This document shows, one piece after another, positions 11,540 to 22,494 of a stretch of DNA of 26,275 nucleotides. The first letter of the stretch is position 1, and the number at the start of each line of letters is the position of its first letter. The DNA comes from Amoebidium appalachense (taxonomy: Eukaryota; Protista; Ichthyosporea): positions 1 to 26,275 of the forward strand of contig CAVNZM010000054.1 of the NCBI GenBank assembly GCA_963693365.1. The letters are read 5' to 3'. Both the position numbers and the translations under genes were made by a program. The notes beneath the pieces were generated by a model, which saw nothing but the letters and a program-made list of their open reading frames with translations, made no database searches and had not been told where the DNA came from.

Positions 11540-12561
11540 CGGCCAGATGGTTGAGGGGTCCTGGTAGGTAGGATGCCTGTAACGTAAATTGGTATTGCAT
11601 TTCCATGCGGGTGATGAACCGAATAAGTTTGGCCATCACGGGGTGGGGGGAAGACCGGGAGTGCAGGTCAGACACAGCACCCGTGTTGTCGCATAAAATA
11701 CGGACATGGTGGGTGGACCAGGGGGGCGGGTTGGTGCAATGGTAAGATCTCTGCGTGTCAAGCTCAAAGTCGCAGGATCGATCCTGGTTACTTCCGATTT
11801 TTTTCTGCCTCGACGGTCCACCGGTCTGGCCGCCCCCTAGAAGCCATCACCCCAGACCACGTCAAAGCAGCACCACCAATTTGTTATCACCCGGCCGTAA
11901 GACATGACGTCATGAACAGCACCGGCCCTCTGACGTCGACGGCGCGCCGCTTGGGCATCCCGGCCCAACGTTCAAGTGGGAGACCAATCCGAGTCACCGG
12001 CCACGGTTCGGGTCAGCGTCCTGGGCATGGGGTCTTCCCTTTCAAGTCTTTATGTTTGTGTATGTGTCCCGGGTCGCTCCCGGCTGGTGTTGTTAAAGTG
12101 AGCTGTGCTCATTTCCCCACTAGCGTTGCTGCGGCTAGAACCGTGGGATAAGGCGTAACTAAAAATAGTGCCAGTTCTGGTCAATTAGAATCCTGACTTA
12201 TGAGTGTGCTATACAGTACGATCTGTGTCTAGGCGGAAGACGGTAAGCTCCCCTGAGGCAGTGCCTCGCCGGGAGTGAAACGGGATAAAATAAAAAAAAG
12301 GGTGGACCAGGAGGGGGCCCAGAGGGCCACGGCGGCTGCGATGGCCAGGAGTTCGATGACGGAAGAACCGAGTTTACCCTCATGAGCATAGAGGGCTTGC
12401 CAATGGGTGGAGGGGGACCAGGGCATGAAGAACCATTGGTCGAGCCAGTGGCCTCCTAGACCCACCGATCCGGCAGCATCGGTGGCCAGGGTAGTGTATG
12501 TGGGGGGTGTGATGAGGTGCACCCCATTCCATGATGTGAGGAACTGGTGCCATTCGGCTAT
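11424..12561 (-). pseudogene. DIRS-type RNase H domain (pol C-terminus) split by a SINE
   Basis: LATDAAG, IELLAI, RILCDNTG and NHLADAISR supply the D-E-D-D residues. Removing 11723-12299 plus one TSD copy restores the frame (WAPSWSTHHVRILCDN). Confidence 0.9.
11723..12299 (+). mobile_element. tRNA-derived SINE (577 bp) with a 12-bp TSD
   Basis: Flanked by gggtggaccagg at 11711-11722 and 12300-12311. The head has an A-box-like tggtgcaatgg and a B-box-like ggatcgatcc. There is a 3' stem-loop at 12247-12276 and an A-rich tail (ataaaataaaaaaaa). Confidence 0.85.
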
Positions 12562-12568
12562 ACTACAA

Positions 12569-12641
12569 TAAGGGGCGCGGCACCCCACGTTAGTGACGTC
12601 ACAAAGTGTGACGTCACTAACACAGGGTGGCGCACCCCTTA
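12569..12641. promoter_or_regulatory. Long hairpin at the candidate viral terminus, with two TGACGTCA sites
   Basis: Perfect 15-bp stem gttagtgacgtcaca-aag-tgtgacgtcactaac (12589-12621), with outer arms caccc/gggtg and taagggg/cccctta. Confidence 0.75.
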
Positions 12642-12895
12642 GGATATGGCAGATATGCATATGGGATATGGCGATATGCAGTATGATATGGGTGTATATT
12701 GTGATTAGGATATGGATATGGGTATGGATATGTACAGGAGCACGTGCACACACTGTGTGTGTATGCATAAACACGTGCAGAGCACGTGGATTTAATTAAA
12801 ATAGTAAAGGGAAAACGTGTCATGTGTGCGCGTGCACGCACGCGCACATGCGACACGTACACAGTTCTGAGATCAAAGGAATGCGACGGTGTGCA

Positions 12896-13105
12896 CAAGG
12901 CGGCCAATGAGAATTCGAATTCCGAATTCCTTGTACAAGGCGGCCAATAGTAATGCGGATGCACAAGGCGGCCAATGATAATTCAGTTCCAAAAAGCCAG
13001 TTGCCGCACAAGGCGGCCAATGAACATTAAGATAGCACATTCCATTTCCAAGGCGGCCAATGAGCGCCCGGATCGGTCAACCTGGGTTTCCTATTGGCCG
13101 CCTTG
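12896..13105. promoter_or_regulatory. Iterated 13-bp CCAAT-containing motif upstream of polB
   Basis: caaggcggccaat at 12896, 12936, 12964, 13009 and 13049, plus an inverted copy at 13093. Confidence 0.8.
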
Positions 13106-13231
13106 TGTAAACAATGGTGGCGCACTTACGCACGCACAGGATCATTATTTTGCGTTCTGTTTATTGATGTTTTTGCTGCCGGCGCTGCCTGGCAATTACA
13201 TTGTGGCTAAGATCTAAGATTACTGTTCAGG

Positions 13232-16200
13232 ATGTTAGACGACAGCCAGGAAGGCTTCATAGAGGACCTGCTGCGGGCACTGGATGCCGACCCGCAGCAG
13301 GCCCTGCAAGCCAACCCGTTTCTGCAGGCCCTGCAGGGCCCACCACCCCCACCCCCACCCCCTCCCCGGCCTCCCCCCTGCCCCCGCCCCCATCAACCAC
13401 CCAGATGACCCCCAGATCATTGCCATGCCTGCCGAGGGCAACTGGCAGCTGCGTTCACGGGTGGATGACATGCAGGCAAGGGGGTTGGGCGTACGCGGCC
13501 ACACCCTCGAGTACCAACCCCTGCGCACCATGGACGTCACCGAGTTCCCCCAGTTCTTTGCAGCTATGCTGTTTGATGCCATTGCCCGTGCAGATGTGCA
13601 GGTGGGGGACATGATCATCGTACGCATCATCAGCTTGCACGTGCAGGCCAATGGTGTGGACAACCAGGTGGGGGATGACGGCAACCCCAACGCCGATGTC
13701 ACCAACCGTCGTGTGTTTACGGCAGGCCCCATGGACGTGTTCAACGGTGATGTGAATGCCGTGGTGCTCAAGCTGATGGAGAACATACGCCAACGCACCC
13801 AGAGTGCAGCCGAGACCTTTATGGACGGGCGATCCAGTGTGCATCTGACCGTGGTCCGGCCCAAGGACATGGTGAGGAAGGGTGCCTGCGGGTCCCTGTC
13901 CACCCTCACAGGGGTGACAGCCCAGTGGCTGCGGGAGCTGGTGGAGGCCAAGGCCGTGGTGGATGTGACCACCCTGGTGAAGGCAGCCTGCAGCAGCAAC
14001 GACCCGCAGGTGACAGGGGAGAAGGAGCTTGACCACCATCAGCTGCTTGAGATTGCCGACGGCCCCTCCTGTGCCCAGCTGTGCCTGGTGTACTGTATGG
14101 CAGTGTGGGTCAGCAAGGCAGCCAACAGCAACGAGAACGGCAGCCTGCCCTCCGAGCACACTCGTAAGAACCTGGGCAATGGGGGTGACCTCATGAAGCT
14201 CAAGGACCACCACGTGCTGTGCCACCTACTGGACCCTATGGATGTGATTGGTATTGGCAACAAGGCTCTGGGTAGGTCTGTGTCTTCCGGCTGTGGGGTG
14301 TGCAACCTGCTGCAGCCACCCATCAACCCAAGGAGCAACTTCCAGGACCGTTACCTGCGCAGGCTGGCAAGGGCCACCCGCCGGCTGTGGGCCAAGTACA
14401 AGCTGCCTGTGCCTGCAGAGGACGGGCTGACGGTGGATCAGTTGGGTGCAGCCGTGGATGCCCTCAACATGCAGATTGCCAGTGAGACCCAGTCAGTCAC
14501 CCGTCTACGGCTGGTGGTGGTGGACCTGGACAGCAAGGGTAGGGTGGCAAGAAGGTACGGGGACGTGAGCTCGGCCCTTCCCCCCGGCAAGCTGTGCACC
14601 ATGTACCTTGGCCACTCCCAGAAGCTGGGCCACTTCACGGCCATCCCCTCCAATGTCAGCAACACCATCGAGCGCCTGCGCAACGGCAACCACACGGGGG
14701 CCGTACGTCGGAGCCTCAGCACCTGCTTCCACTGCAACCAGACCGTGCAATCCAAGAACATGGGGGTGCACCGTTGTGTGAACCGGTGTGGGAACTGTGG
14801 ATCAAAGGGGAACCACATCGACCAGGCAGATGCCTGTGTGTGGACCCCCGGGCGCCGTGTGGAGCTAGCACGGGTGGGGGAGGATGCATGGCCTTACCGT
14901 TGTGACGACTGCTGTGGCCTCTTCCCTTCGGCCAGGTGCATGGCCAACCACAGCACCAAGCTCAAGGGGGCCGGGGCCAGGGCCGACGGCCGGCAACAAT
15001 CCTTCTGTGACACCGTGTTCTGGTGCCGGCTGGCCACGTGCACCCACGGCCTGCAGGGGTACAGGATGATTGGCAGTGGAGATGATGCCCTCAGGGTGTG
15101 TGTGTCGGGCAATCCTGCCGGCCGGTTCTTCTACAAGTTCAAGTATGCCAGCGTGCGCCGTCTACGCCGGCTGCACACTGCCCAGGAGCAAGGGGGGTAC
15201 GATGCAGGCGTCAACGACGAGGGGGAGGACTGGGGCTGGGTCACGGACACGGAGGGGGACTCGGCCACCGAGGATGCCGACTCAGACCCCCCACCCAGCC
15301 TTGCCGACTCGTCGGACGACGAGGGTGGCGATGACGAGGATGATGGCATCGACCTCATGCAGATGTCTGAGGGGGAGGGGCAGGGGGAGGGGGAGGGGGG
15401 TCAGCACGGGGCCAAGAAGGACGACACGTGGACACAGCACCTGTGCACCGACTACGACTGCAAGGGCTGTGGGGGGTACATGCCCGGCAACCACACGTGC
15501 CTCATACGTAGCAAACGAGATCAACGGCGTGTGTACATGTGCACACACACGGATGCAGACGGCACGGTGTGTGACAGGGTGGCATGCTACTCCAACGAGC
15601 AAGGGAGGGGGAGGGGGGGGGGGAGGGGGGGAGGGGGGGGGGAGAGTCACCTGCACGGCAGAGGGCCAGGGTGGATGATGCCGGCTGCAGGGTGGGTGCA
15701 CACGTGTGCAAACGGCACGTGCCCGACGACGATGGCAGCAGGGGGTCGTGGAAGCAGACCCGGCAGCCCATCAGGGACATCGTGCTGGACTTCGAGACCA
15801 TGCCGGTGCCTGCCCCAGACCACACGGCCGAAAACCCCCACTTCATCCACATCGTGTAACTTGCAGTGGCCATGTACGTCGAGCCAATGGGCGGCCAGCC
15901 GTCTGCCCCCATCATCTTCTGGTCGGAGGCCTCGGCCGACGGCAAGAATGCCTGGGACGTGCTGATGGAGGACAACCACCACGTGATCGACAAGGTGGTC
16001 AAGTGGCTGTTCGACACACCAGCCCATACCGGCGGCCGGGTGTACTGCCACAACGGTAGTGGCTTTGACTTCCACTTTGTGACCAAGAGGGTGGTGGGCA
16101 GCCAGGACAACGTGTACGTGCCCATCATGGCCAACAGCAAGATCAAGTCCTGCCGTATACGTCACTACATCAAGAATGCCGGTGCACCAGCAACCCCCGT

Positions 16201-18862
16201 GCCCATGCGGGTGGATGGTGATGGTGATGGTGATGGCCACCATGGCCATGGCCATGGTGATGGCCACGATGGCAATGGCCATGGTGATGGCCATGGTGAT
16301 GTGCAGCAGCAGGCAGCAGCAGCAGCAGCAGCAGCAGGTGCCGGCCGGAAGAGGAGGCACGGGGGGCAGAGGGGGGACGGCAGCCGCACGACGGTGGTGG
16401 AGCTGACGTTCGTGGACACCCTCAACTTCCTCACCATGTCACTGTCGGATGCAGGCAAGGCCATGGGCTGCCAGGAGACCAAGGGCCACTTCCCCCACCA
16501 TGCAGCCACCTTTGCCAACTTCAAGGCCGGCCACATCCCCTTCCCTGGGCCCGAGGACTTTGGGGCCCAGGACATGAAGCCCAAGCAGCATGCTGCCTTC
16601 ATGCAGTGGTGGCGGGAGGAGCAGGCACGTCTGCAGGGGCAGGCACCGGCGGGCACGTGCTACGACATTGCCCAGCAGTGCGAGGACTACTGTGTCAAGG
16701 ATGTGGTGCTGCTGCAGCAGGTGGTCAAGGCCTTCATGTCGAAACTCATCGAGCTGACGGGCATCGACCCCTTCACGTGCGTCACCCTTGCTTCCCTCGC
16801 CATGCACTTCTGGATCACGCAGGCCATGCCCAAGGACGTGACCGTGATGCGTGACCAGACCATGGGCAACGTCAACAGCAGCAAGAAGGAGCAGGAGTAC
16901 ATCGACTACATCACCCACGGCCTGGGGGTGGGGCCAGACGACGTTGCACGGCACGTGGCCACCGGGCACGACCCCCACGGCAGGGCCACTGCCGATGCCA
17001 AGGCCACCCACGACGACGGCACGTGCACCTACTACTTCTTCCACGGCTGTGTGTTCCATGGGTGCCCCGACTGCAACAGGCACGAGGATCTACTAGTAAC
17101 GATGAGGGTGGTGAAGAGGCCAGCCAAGGAGGCCTACGACAGCACCATGGGCCACGAGAGGTACATCCGTGCCCAGGGGCACAAGGTGCAGAGCATGTGG
17201 GAGTGCAGGTGGGACAGGCTTCGGCAGAGCCCGGAGGTGAAGGCAGCACTTGCAGCACAGGCTGCACGGAGGGAGGGCACCGGCAGGGTGGCCCCCGTGC
17301 CCACGGGCCCGGTGCAGTTCCGTGATGCCTTCTTTGGTGGCCGTACGGAGGTCATCACCCGTCACATCGAGGTCAAGGAGGAGGACTGGCCACAGGCAGG
17401 CCTCAAGTACGTCGACGTCACCTCCCTCTACCCGTACGTGATGATTGACAAGTACATGCCGGTGGGCAAGTCACAGTGGTTCACGTCACTGCCCATCAAG
17501 CCGGAGGACCACCCCTCGGCCATCGTCACGGACCCCCAAGTGCTCAAGGAGAGGCTCGACAAGACGTGCCGTATGACCCCCGGCTCCCCCAAGGCCAGGA
17601 CCAAGGGGTACTTTGGTGTTGCACGTGTGAGGGTGCTCCCCCCCAAGGACCTGTTCATCCCCGTGCTGCCTGTGCGTATGACGGGTGCCCAGGGGTACGA
17701 CAAGCTGGGCTTTGTGCTGTGCAGGGCCTGCAGCAGCAAGGAGGAGGCCCAGGCCACCTGCATGGACGAGGAGGGCAACCCCCGGGTGCGTAAGCATGTG
17801 CAATGCACACACACGGACGAGGAGAGGGCACTGGTCGGCACGTGGACGACGGAGGAGCTGAAGGTGGCCGTGCGTGATGGGTACACCATCCTCGACGTGT
17901 ACGATGTGGTGCATTTCAAGAAACGCACCAAGAACCTCTTCCGGAAGTACGTGCAGACGTTCCTGAAGGTGAAGCTCACCAGCACCACCGTGGATCCTGC
18001 CGACATACCCGCCCTCGTGCACCTGTTCAAGGAGCACTACGGCATCACGGTGACGGCCGACGAGTTCAGCCCCAACCCTGCCCTTCGTACCATCAGCAAG
18101 CTGTTTTTGAACAGCCTCTGGGGCAAGCTGGTGCAGAGGGCAGGGCTCGACACCATCGAGTTTGTCGACGATGTCGATCGGCTGAGTCTGCTGGTGACCA
18201 ACCCCAACATCTTGGTGCTTGACGTCGAGCCCATCGGCGAGCAGAGGGTGGCCATCAAGTACAGGCCCAAGAAGGAGACGGCCCCACCCCCCTCCTACGC
18301 GAACATCGCCATCGGCACGTTCGTGACGGCCCATGCACGGTTGCACCTCTATGGTGCCCTCCGGTCCCTCTCCCCCCAGCAGGTGGTGTACATGGACACG
18401 GACTCCATCGTCTACCACTACGACAGCAGGGTGCCCCACCTCAGCCACAACATCGACTCCACCAACGGGGACTTGCTGGGCAACTGGAAGAACGAGACCA
18501 CCACCCCCATCGTCGAGTTTGTTGGTGTGGCCCCCAAGACCTATGCCTACCGCACCCAGGACGGCAAGACCGACGTCAAGGTCAAGGGCATCACCCTCTC
18601 CCGTCGTGCAGCCGACATGGTGAACCTCCCCAGCCTCCGTATGCTGGTGCACGGGGAGATGCCGAGTGTGAGTGTCACCAACCACCGTCTGCTGCGTGAG
18701 CCCGTGCCCGGGGTGCCCCACAACTACCACCTGGCCAGCAAGGACCAGAGGAAGACACAGTCGGGGGCCTTCGACAAGAGGGGGGTGTTTGAGGCAGCCG
18801 ACGGCAGTGTACGCAGCTACCCCATTGGGTGGGCAGCACCGGAGGGGACTCTGCAGTTTTGA
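13232..18862 (+). CDS. polB: Protein-primed family B DNA polymerase polyprotein (disrupted as sequenced)
   Basis: Motifs: ExoI DIVLDFET, ExoII HNGSGFD, ExoIII YCVKDV, motif A DVTSLYP, motif B KLFLNSLWGK, motif C YMDTDS, then KTY and KVKG. Likely start is the ATG at 13232 (MLDDSQEGFIEDLL). Frameshifts fall in the C-run at ~13340-13390 and the G-run at ~15603-15642, and there is an in-frame TAA at 15857-15859. Confidence 0.93.
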
Positions 18863-19456
18863 GTGGGGGAGGGGGAGGGAGGGGGAGGGGAAGGGTTAGT
18901 TAGCATTTTAAGTTAAAGTATGCAATTTTTAAATCAAAGTTAAATCAAAGTATCAAAGTATGCAGGGAATACGTTAGGGTAGACATGAAAATTATATGGG
19001 GTGTCTGTTAACTTAGCTTCAGAAAAAAGGAAAATGGGGTGCAGTGTGCATGGGAAAGGGGGTCAGAAGAAAAACTTAAAGAAAAAGACGGTGTTTTTAG
19101 GCATACACCACGTGCACCGTATGCATGAGGGGAAGCAGCAAATAAAATCAGAGTTTAATGCAAACACAAACCCTTCCAATGTGGCCTTGGGTAGAAGCAT
19201 GAACACCAACATCAGCACCATACATGCATACAAGGGGGGAGACTTGCCAAAAAGAGCAGGCACCTGCACATATAAAAGGCACACACATGTGCAAAGATAC
19301 CTCACTTTTTCCAACACGAAAACAGGCAACACACGAAAAAATCAAAATTAAATAAATTAAATTAAATACAAGACATGTGCACAATATGTTAGGGGTAGCA
19401 GGTGGTGGTAGGGGGTGTGCCAGCACGTGCCCACACTACCGTCGACCCACTCACGT

Positions 19457-19648
19457 TTATTTAAACACCACAGGTGCCGTGCGTATGGGACGGTTGGCGT
19501 TGATGCCGGACAACGGTACGGTGTAGGCCAACGGGCGTTCCCGGAAGTCACGTATGGTCGAGACGTCCATGACGTTTAAGCTGTTGTTCTGCTCCGGAAA
19601 AATGAACGGCTTCTTACGTATGGGGGGCCCGCCGATGTTGAGCTCCAT
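19457..19648 (-). CDS. Small hypothetical viral protein (63 aa)
   Basis: ATG in an aacatgg context like neighbouring viral genes, co-oriented and tightly packed. Confidence 0.5.
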   Translation of the reverse strand: MELNIGGPPIRKKPFIFPEQNNSLNVMDVSTIRDFRERPLAYTVPLSGINANRPIRTAPVVFK

Positions 19649-19687
19649 GTTGCAGAAGTAGGGTGTTTACACAACCACACACAATAT

Positions 19688-19924
19688 TTAATAGTTCTGG
19701 AAGGAGCTCTTGTCGGCAGCCACAGGCCAGGGTGTGTACGTGGCCGGCCTCGGCCTCATGGTCCCCCCTGGGCCCTCAATGACGGTGTTCCCCGGCCCGT
19801 AGAACGGTCGGGTTTGGGGTACAGGCCCGGGGGTCGGTCGGGTGCGGTAGGGGAGGGGTACGGGGAGGGGGGCAAGGGTGTGTGGCAACGCATACATGCG
19901 CATGTGCTCCGTGCCGGGTGCCAT
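19688..19924 (-). CDS. Small Pro-rich hypothetical viral protein (78 aa)
   Basis: ATG ORF beginning 20 nt after the upstream stop, co-oriented with the structural block. Confidence 0.5.
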   Translation of the reverse strand: MAPGTEHMRMYALPHTLAPLPVPLPYRTRPTPGPVPQTRPFYGPGNTVIEGPGGTMRPRPATYTPWPVAADKSSFQNY

Positions 19925-19943
19925 AATGGTGGTGGTGGTGGTG

Positions 19944-22470
19944 TCACTGTTGCCTGTGGCGTAGATTATTTACCCTTCTTCTTGCCGCTGGTTTCTTGTC
20001 GTCCTTCTTCTTCTTGGTGTCCTTCTTCTTGGTGTCCTTCTTCTTGGTGTCCTTCTTCTTGGTGTCCTTCTTCTTGGTGTCCTTCTTCTTGGTGTCCTCC
20101 TTCTTCTTGGTGTCCTTCTTCTTGCCGTCCTTCTTCTTCGTACCCTTCTTCTTGGTGTCCTTCTTCTTCTTATCCTCCTCGGTGGTACCGGTGGTGTAGT
20201 CCAGTGCAAGCTGTGCCAGTCTCACAGTGTCCGGTTGAAAACCAAGGGCCCGGCCAACAGTCGGTAGGGCTGCCCTAACCAACGGAAGGGCTGCTCGGAC
20301 GTGTGGGTGCTGTGTGTGGTGTGGTAGGTCCCCCGACTTGTAGCCGTCATGACGCGTAGCCGGACTTGGTTTTGCAGAGGGGCCTGCAGGGGGAGGCTTT
20401 CTCCCGGACCTACGGCCACCCGAAGGGTCGTGCTCTATAGCTAGAGGGGTGGAGGAGGCCGGTGGAGTCGACTTGTGCTGCTGCACGTAGTACTCCAGCA
20501 AGTGCTTTCCGACGTTTTTCACCTCGGTGATAAGGCCCTGGTCACCCAACACAGCTTCCTGCAGGCTGCCCCCTCCGACCACACTAGCCAGCCTCTCCCC
20601 ACCCGCTGAAAGTGCTTCAACGCCACGTTTCAACACCGATTTCATATAGGGTGTCAAGGCCGGGTTGTCAAACACTGAGTTTTGCTCGTACATCCGTCTC
20701 TCATACTCCTCCAGGCTCTCACCGTGCATCCGTTTGAGTGGCCCCAGCAACGCGTTCATACCGGAGGAACCCTTGTCGGTACGGGTCACCGGTACGGGCT
20801 CATAGGTCCCCTCATCGGGTGGGGTAGCAGACGTGGGACCCTCGAGTCCCCCTTGCAGAGTGGTTGACGGTGCAGCCGGGCTCGTGGGGGGTCTCCAGAG
20901 TGCAGGTGTCGTCCCTCCCCCCTTCATGGTGACCGACTTTTTAGTCGTTGGGTAGTAGGTGGCAGCAAGGGAGGGGTGAACCGTCGGAGTCTCGGTTAGG
21001 AATGCCAGTGGTGGTGGTGCACTTAGAACACGGCCAAACTCCCTCCCGGCAGCCCTTGCAGCCCTCGCCTGGTTGCCCTTGTCCCCGAGACCCCAGAGGA
21101 TCCACTTGACAAGAGCGAGGCCACCTATCTGTGCCACCCTCCACCAATTCGGGTGGTTCAACATGAGCCACCTCTCCAGCTCCGAGAGGGGGGTCCAAAA
21201 GGAGTCGTCCTCAATAGTGGCAACGGCAGCAGTGGTGGCTTCGGCTAGCTGAGTCTCGGTCGGTGTTGCAGAAGTTGCCGTGCTGGTTGGTGCCATGGCA
21301 GGCAGGTGGGGTGCTGCAGGGGTCGTGGGCAGTGGGCCGGGGTGCCAGTTGGGGGGTGGGTACGGGAGGGGTGGCCCGTCGGGCTTGGCAGGCAGGTGGG
21401 GTGCTGCAGGGGTCGTGGGCAGTGGGCCGGGGTGCCAGTTGGGGGGTGGGTACGGGAGGGGTGGCCCGTCGGGCTTGGCAGGCAGGTGGGGTGCTGCAGG
21501 GGTCGTGGGCAGTGGGCCGGGGTGCCAGTTGGGGGGTGGGTACGGGAGGGGTGGCCCGTCGGGCTTGGCAGGCAGGTGGGGTGCTGCAGGGGTCGTGGGC
21601 AGTGGGCCGGGGTGCCAGTTGGGGGGTGGGTACGGGAGGGGTGGCCCGTCGGGCTTGGCAGGCAGGTGGGGTGCTGCAGGGGTCGTGGGCAGTGGGCCGG
21701 GGTGCCAGTTGGGGGGTGGGTACGGGAGGGGTGGCCCGTCGGGCTTGGCAGGCAGGTGGGGTGCTGCAGGGGTCGTGGGCAGTGGGCCGGGGTGCCAGTT
21801 GGGGGGTGGGTACGGGAGGGGTGTACGGGTGGGTTTGGGTCCCTTCTGCCCTAGGAAACCCGACGGTCGGGGAGTCGTGGTCGAGCCGCCCGTGTGGGGT
21901 GTCAGCGGTCCCTTGGAGACACGGGCAGGGGGACGTATGGCAGACGTTGGCCGTGGTGGTGGTGGTCCAGGGTGCCAGCCCGGGGGTGGGTAGGGTATGG
22001 GAGGGTCAGCTGACTTGGTTGGGTGGTCGGACGGGGTGGGGGGAGGGGAGGGGTGCCAGTGGGGTCACGTCAGGTACGGGGGGAGGGGGTGGTCGGGGTC
22101 TGGTCCACACGTACGAGCTACCGTACTTGTCCTTGAGGTGGGAGTAGTAGTCCATGTAGTCTAGGTCCACCTTAACCACCTCCGGCGGATGCCCACCCCA
22201 CAAAGACCCATGGTCAGGGTCCATGTACTTGAGCCTGAGGAAGGCCTCGGGACCCTCCCTAATGAGCTTACGGTATTCATCCGGGTGCAACCGCTGCTGC
22301 AAAGACCCAAACAAACCGACAGGGAGCTCACGCCACGTTTCCCCGGCGACCTCGTGTGGGTGCTTGTAGCTGACACGGTAATGGCCCACACGTTGTAACC
22401 AACCCAAATGCTTGTCCAAGTCATCAGCGTGCCCATGAGGCTGCTGCACGTTGGGGGACATGGTGGACAC
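19944..22470 (-). CDS. Large Pro-repeat/Lys-repeat protein (~840 aa if one frameshift near 22020 is repaired)
   Basis: The 450-aa ORF stays open upstream through the 90-bp repeats to ~22020 (PTKSADPPIPYPPPGW...), one base out of frame with the 22006-22470 ORF. It ends in (KKKDT)n. Confidence 0.65.
20002..20171. repeat. 15-bp coding tandem repeat (KKKDT)n
   Basis: ccttcttcttggtgt is repeated about 10 times with variants. Confidence 0.9.
21296..21823. repeat. 90-bp perfect coding tandem repeat, ~5.9 copies
   Basis: Identical units start at 21301, 21391, 21481, 21571, 21661 and 21751. On the minus strand they encode PLPYPPPNWHPGPLPTTPAAPHLPAKPDGP. Confidence 0.95.
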
Positions 22471-22494
22471 GGTATTGTTGTAAACTGGTGTTTA

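Larger units (their letters stand above)
9666..12561 (-). mobile_element. 5'-truncated tyrosine-recombinase retrotransposon (DIRS order, Ngaro/PAT-like split direct repeats)
   Basis: Read on the minus strand: RT-RNase H junction (W..FL..WNG), RNase H, overlapping YR, then B1 (10224-10312), A2 (9755-10223) and B2 (9666-9754). Confidence 0.9.

Noticed and set aside
11723-11797. Functional tRNA-Asp gene
   Set aside because: The acceptor and anticodon stems pair poorly, and it is the head of a TSD-flanked insertion.
12250-12285. Hammerhead ribozyme (ctgagg...gaaac)
   Set aside because: The core reads CTGAGGC rather than CTGANGA. A simple SINE 3' stem-loop explains it better.
12896-13105. CRISPR-like array
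   Set aside because: Repeats are only 13 bp, spacing is irregular, one copy is inverted, there are no cas genes and the context is eukaryotic.
10862-15859. Alternative genetic code (in-frame TAA in both YR and polB)
   Set aside because: Only two cases, both in genes that also carry frameshifts, and TAA ends other ORFs normally (e.g. the ATPase).
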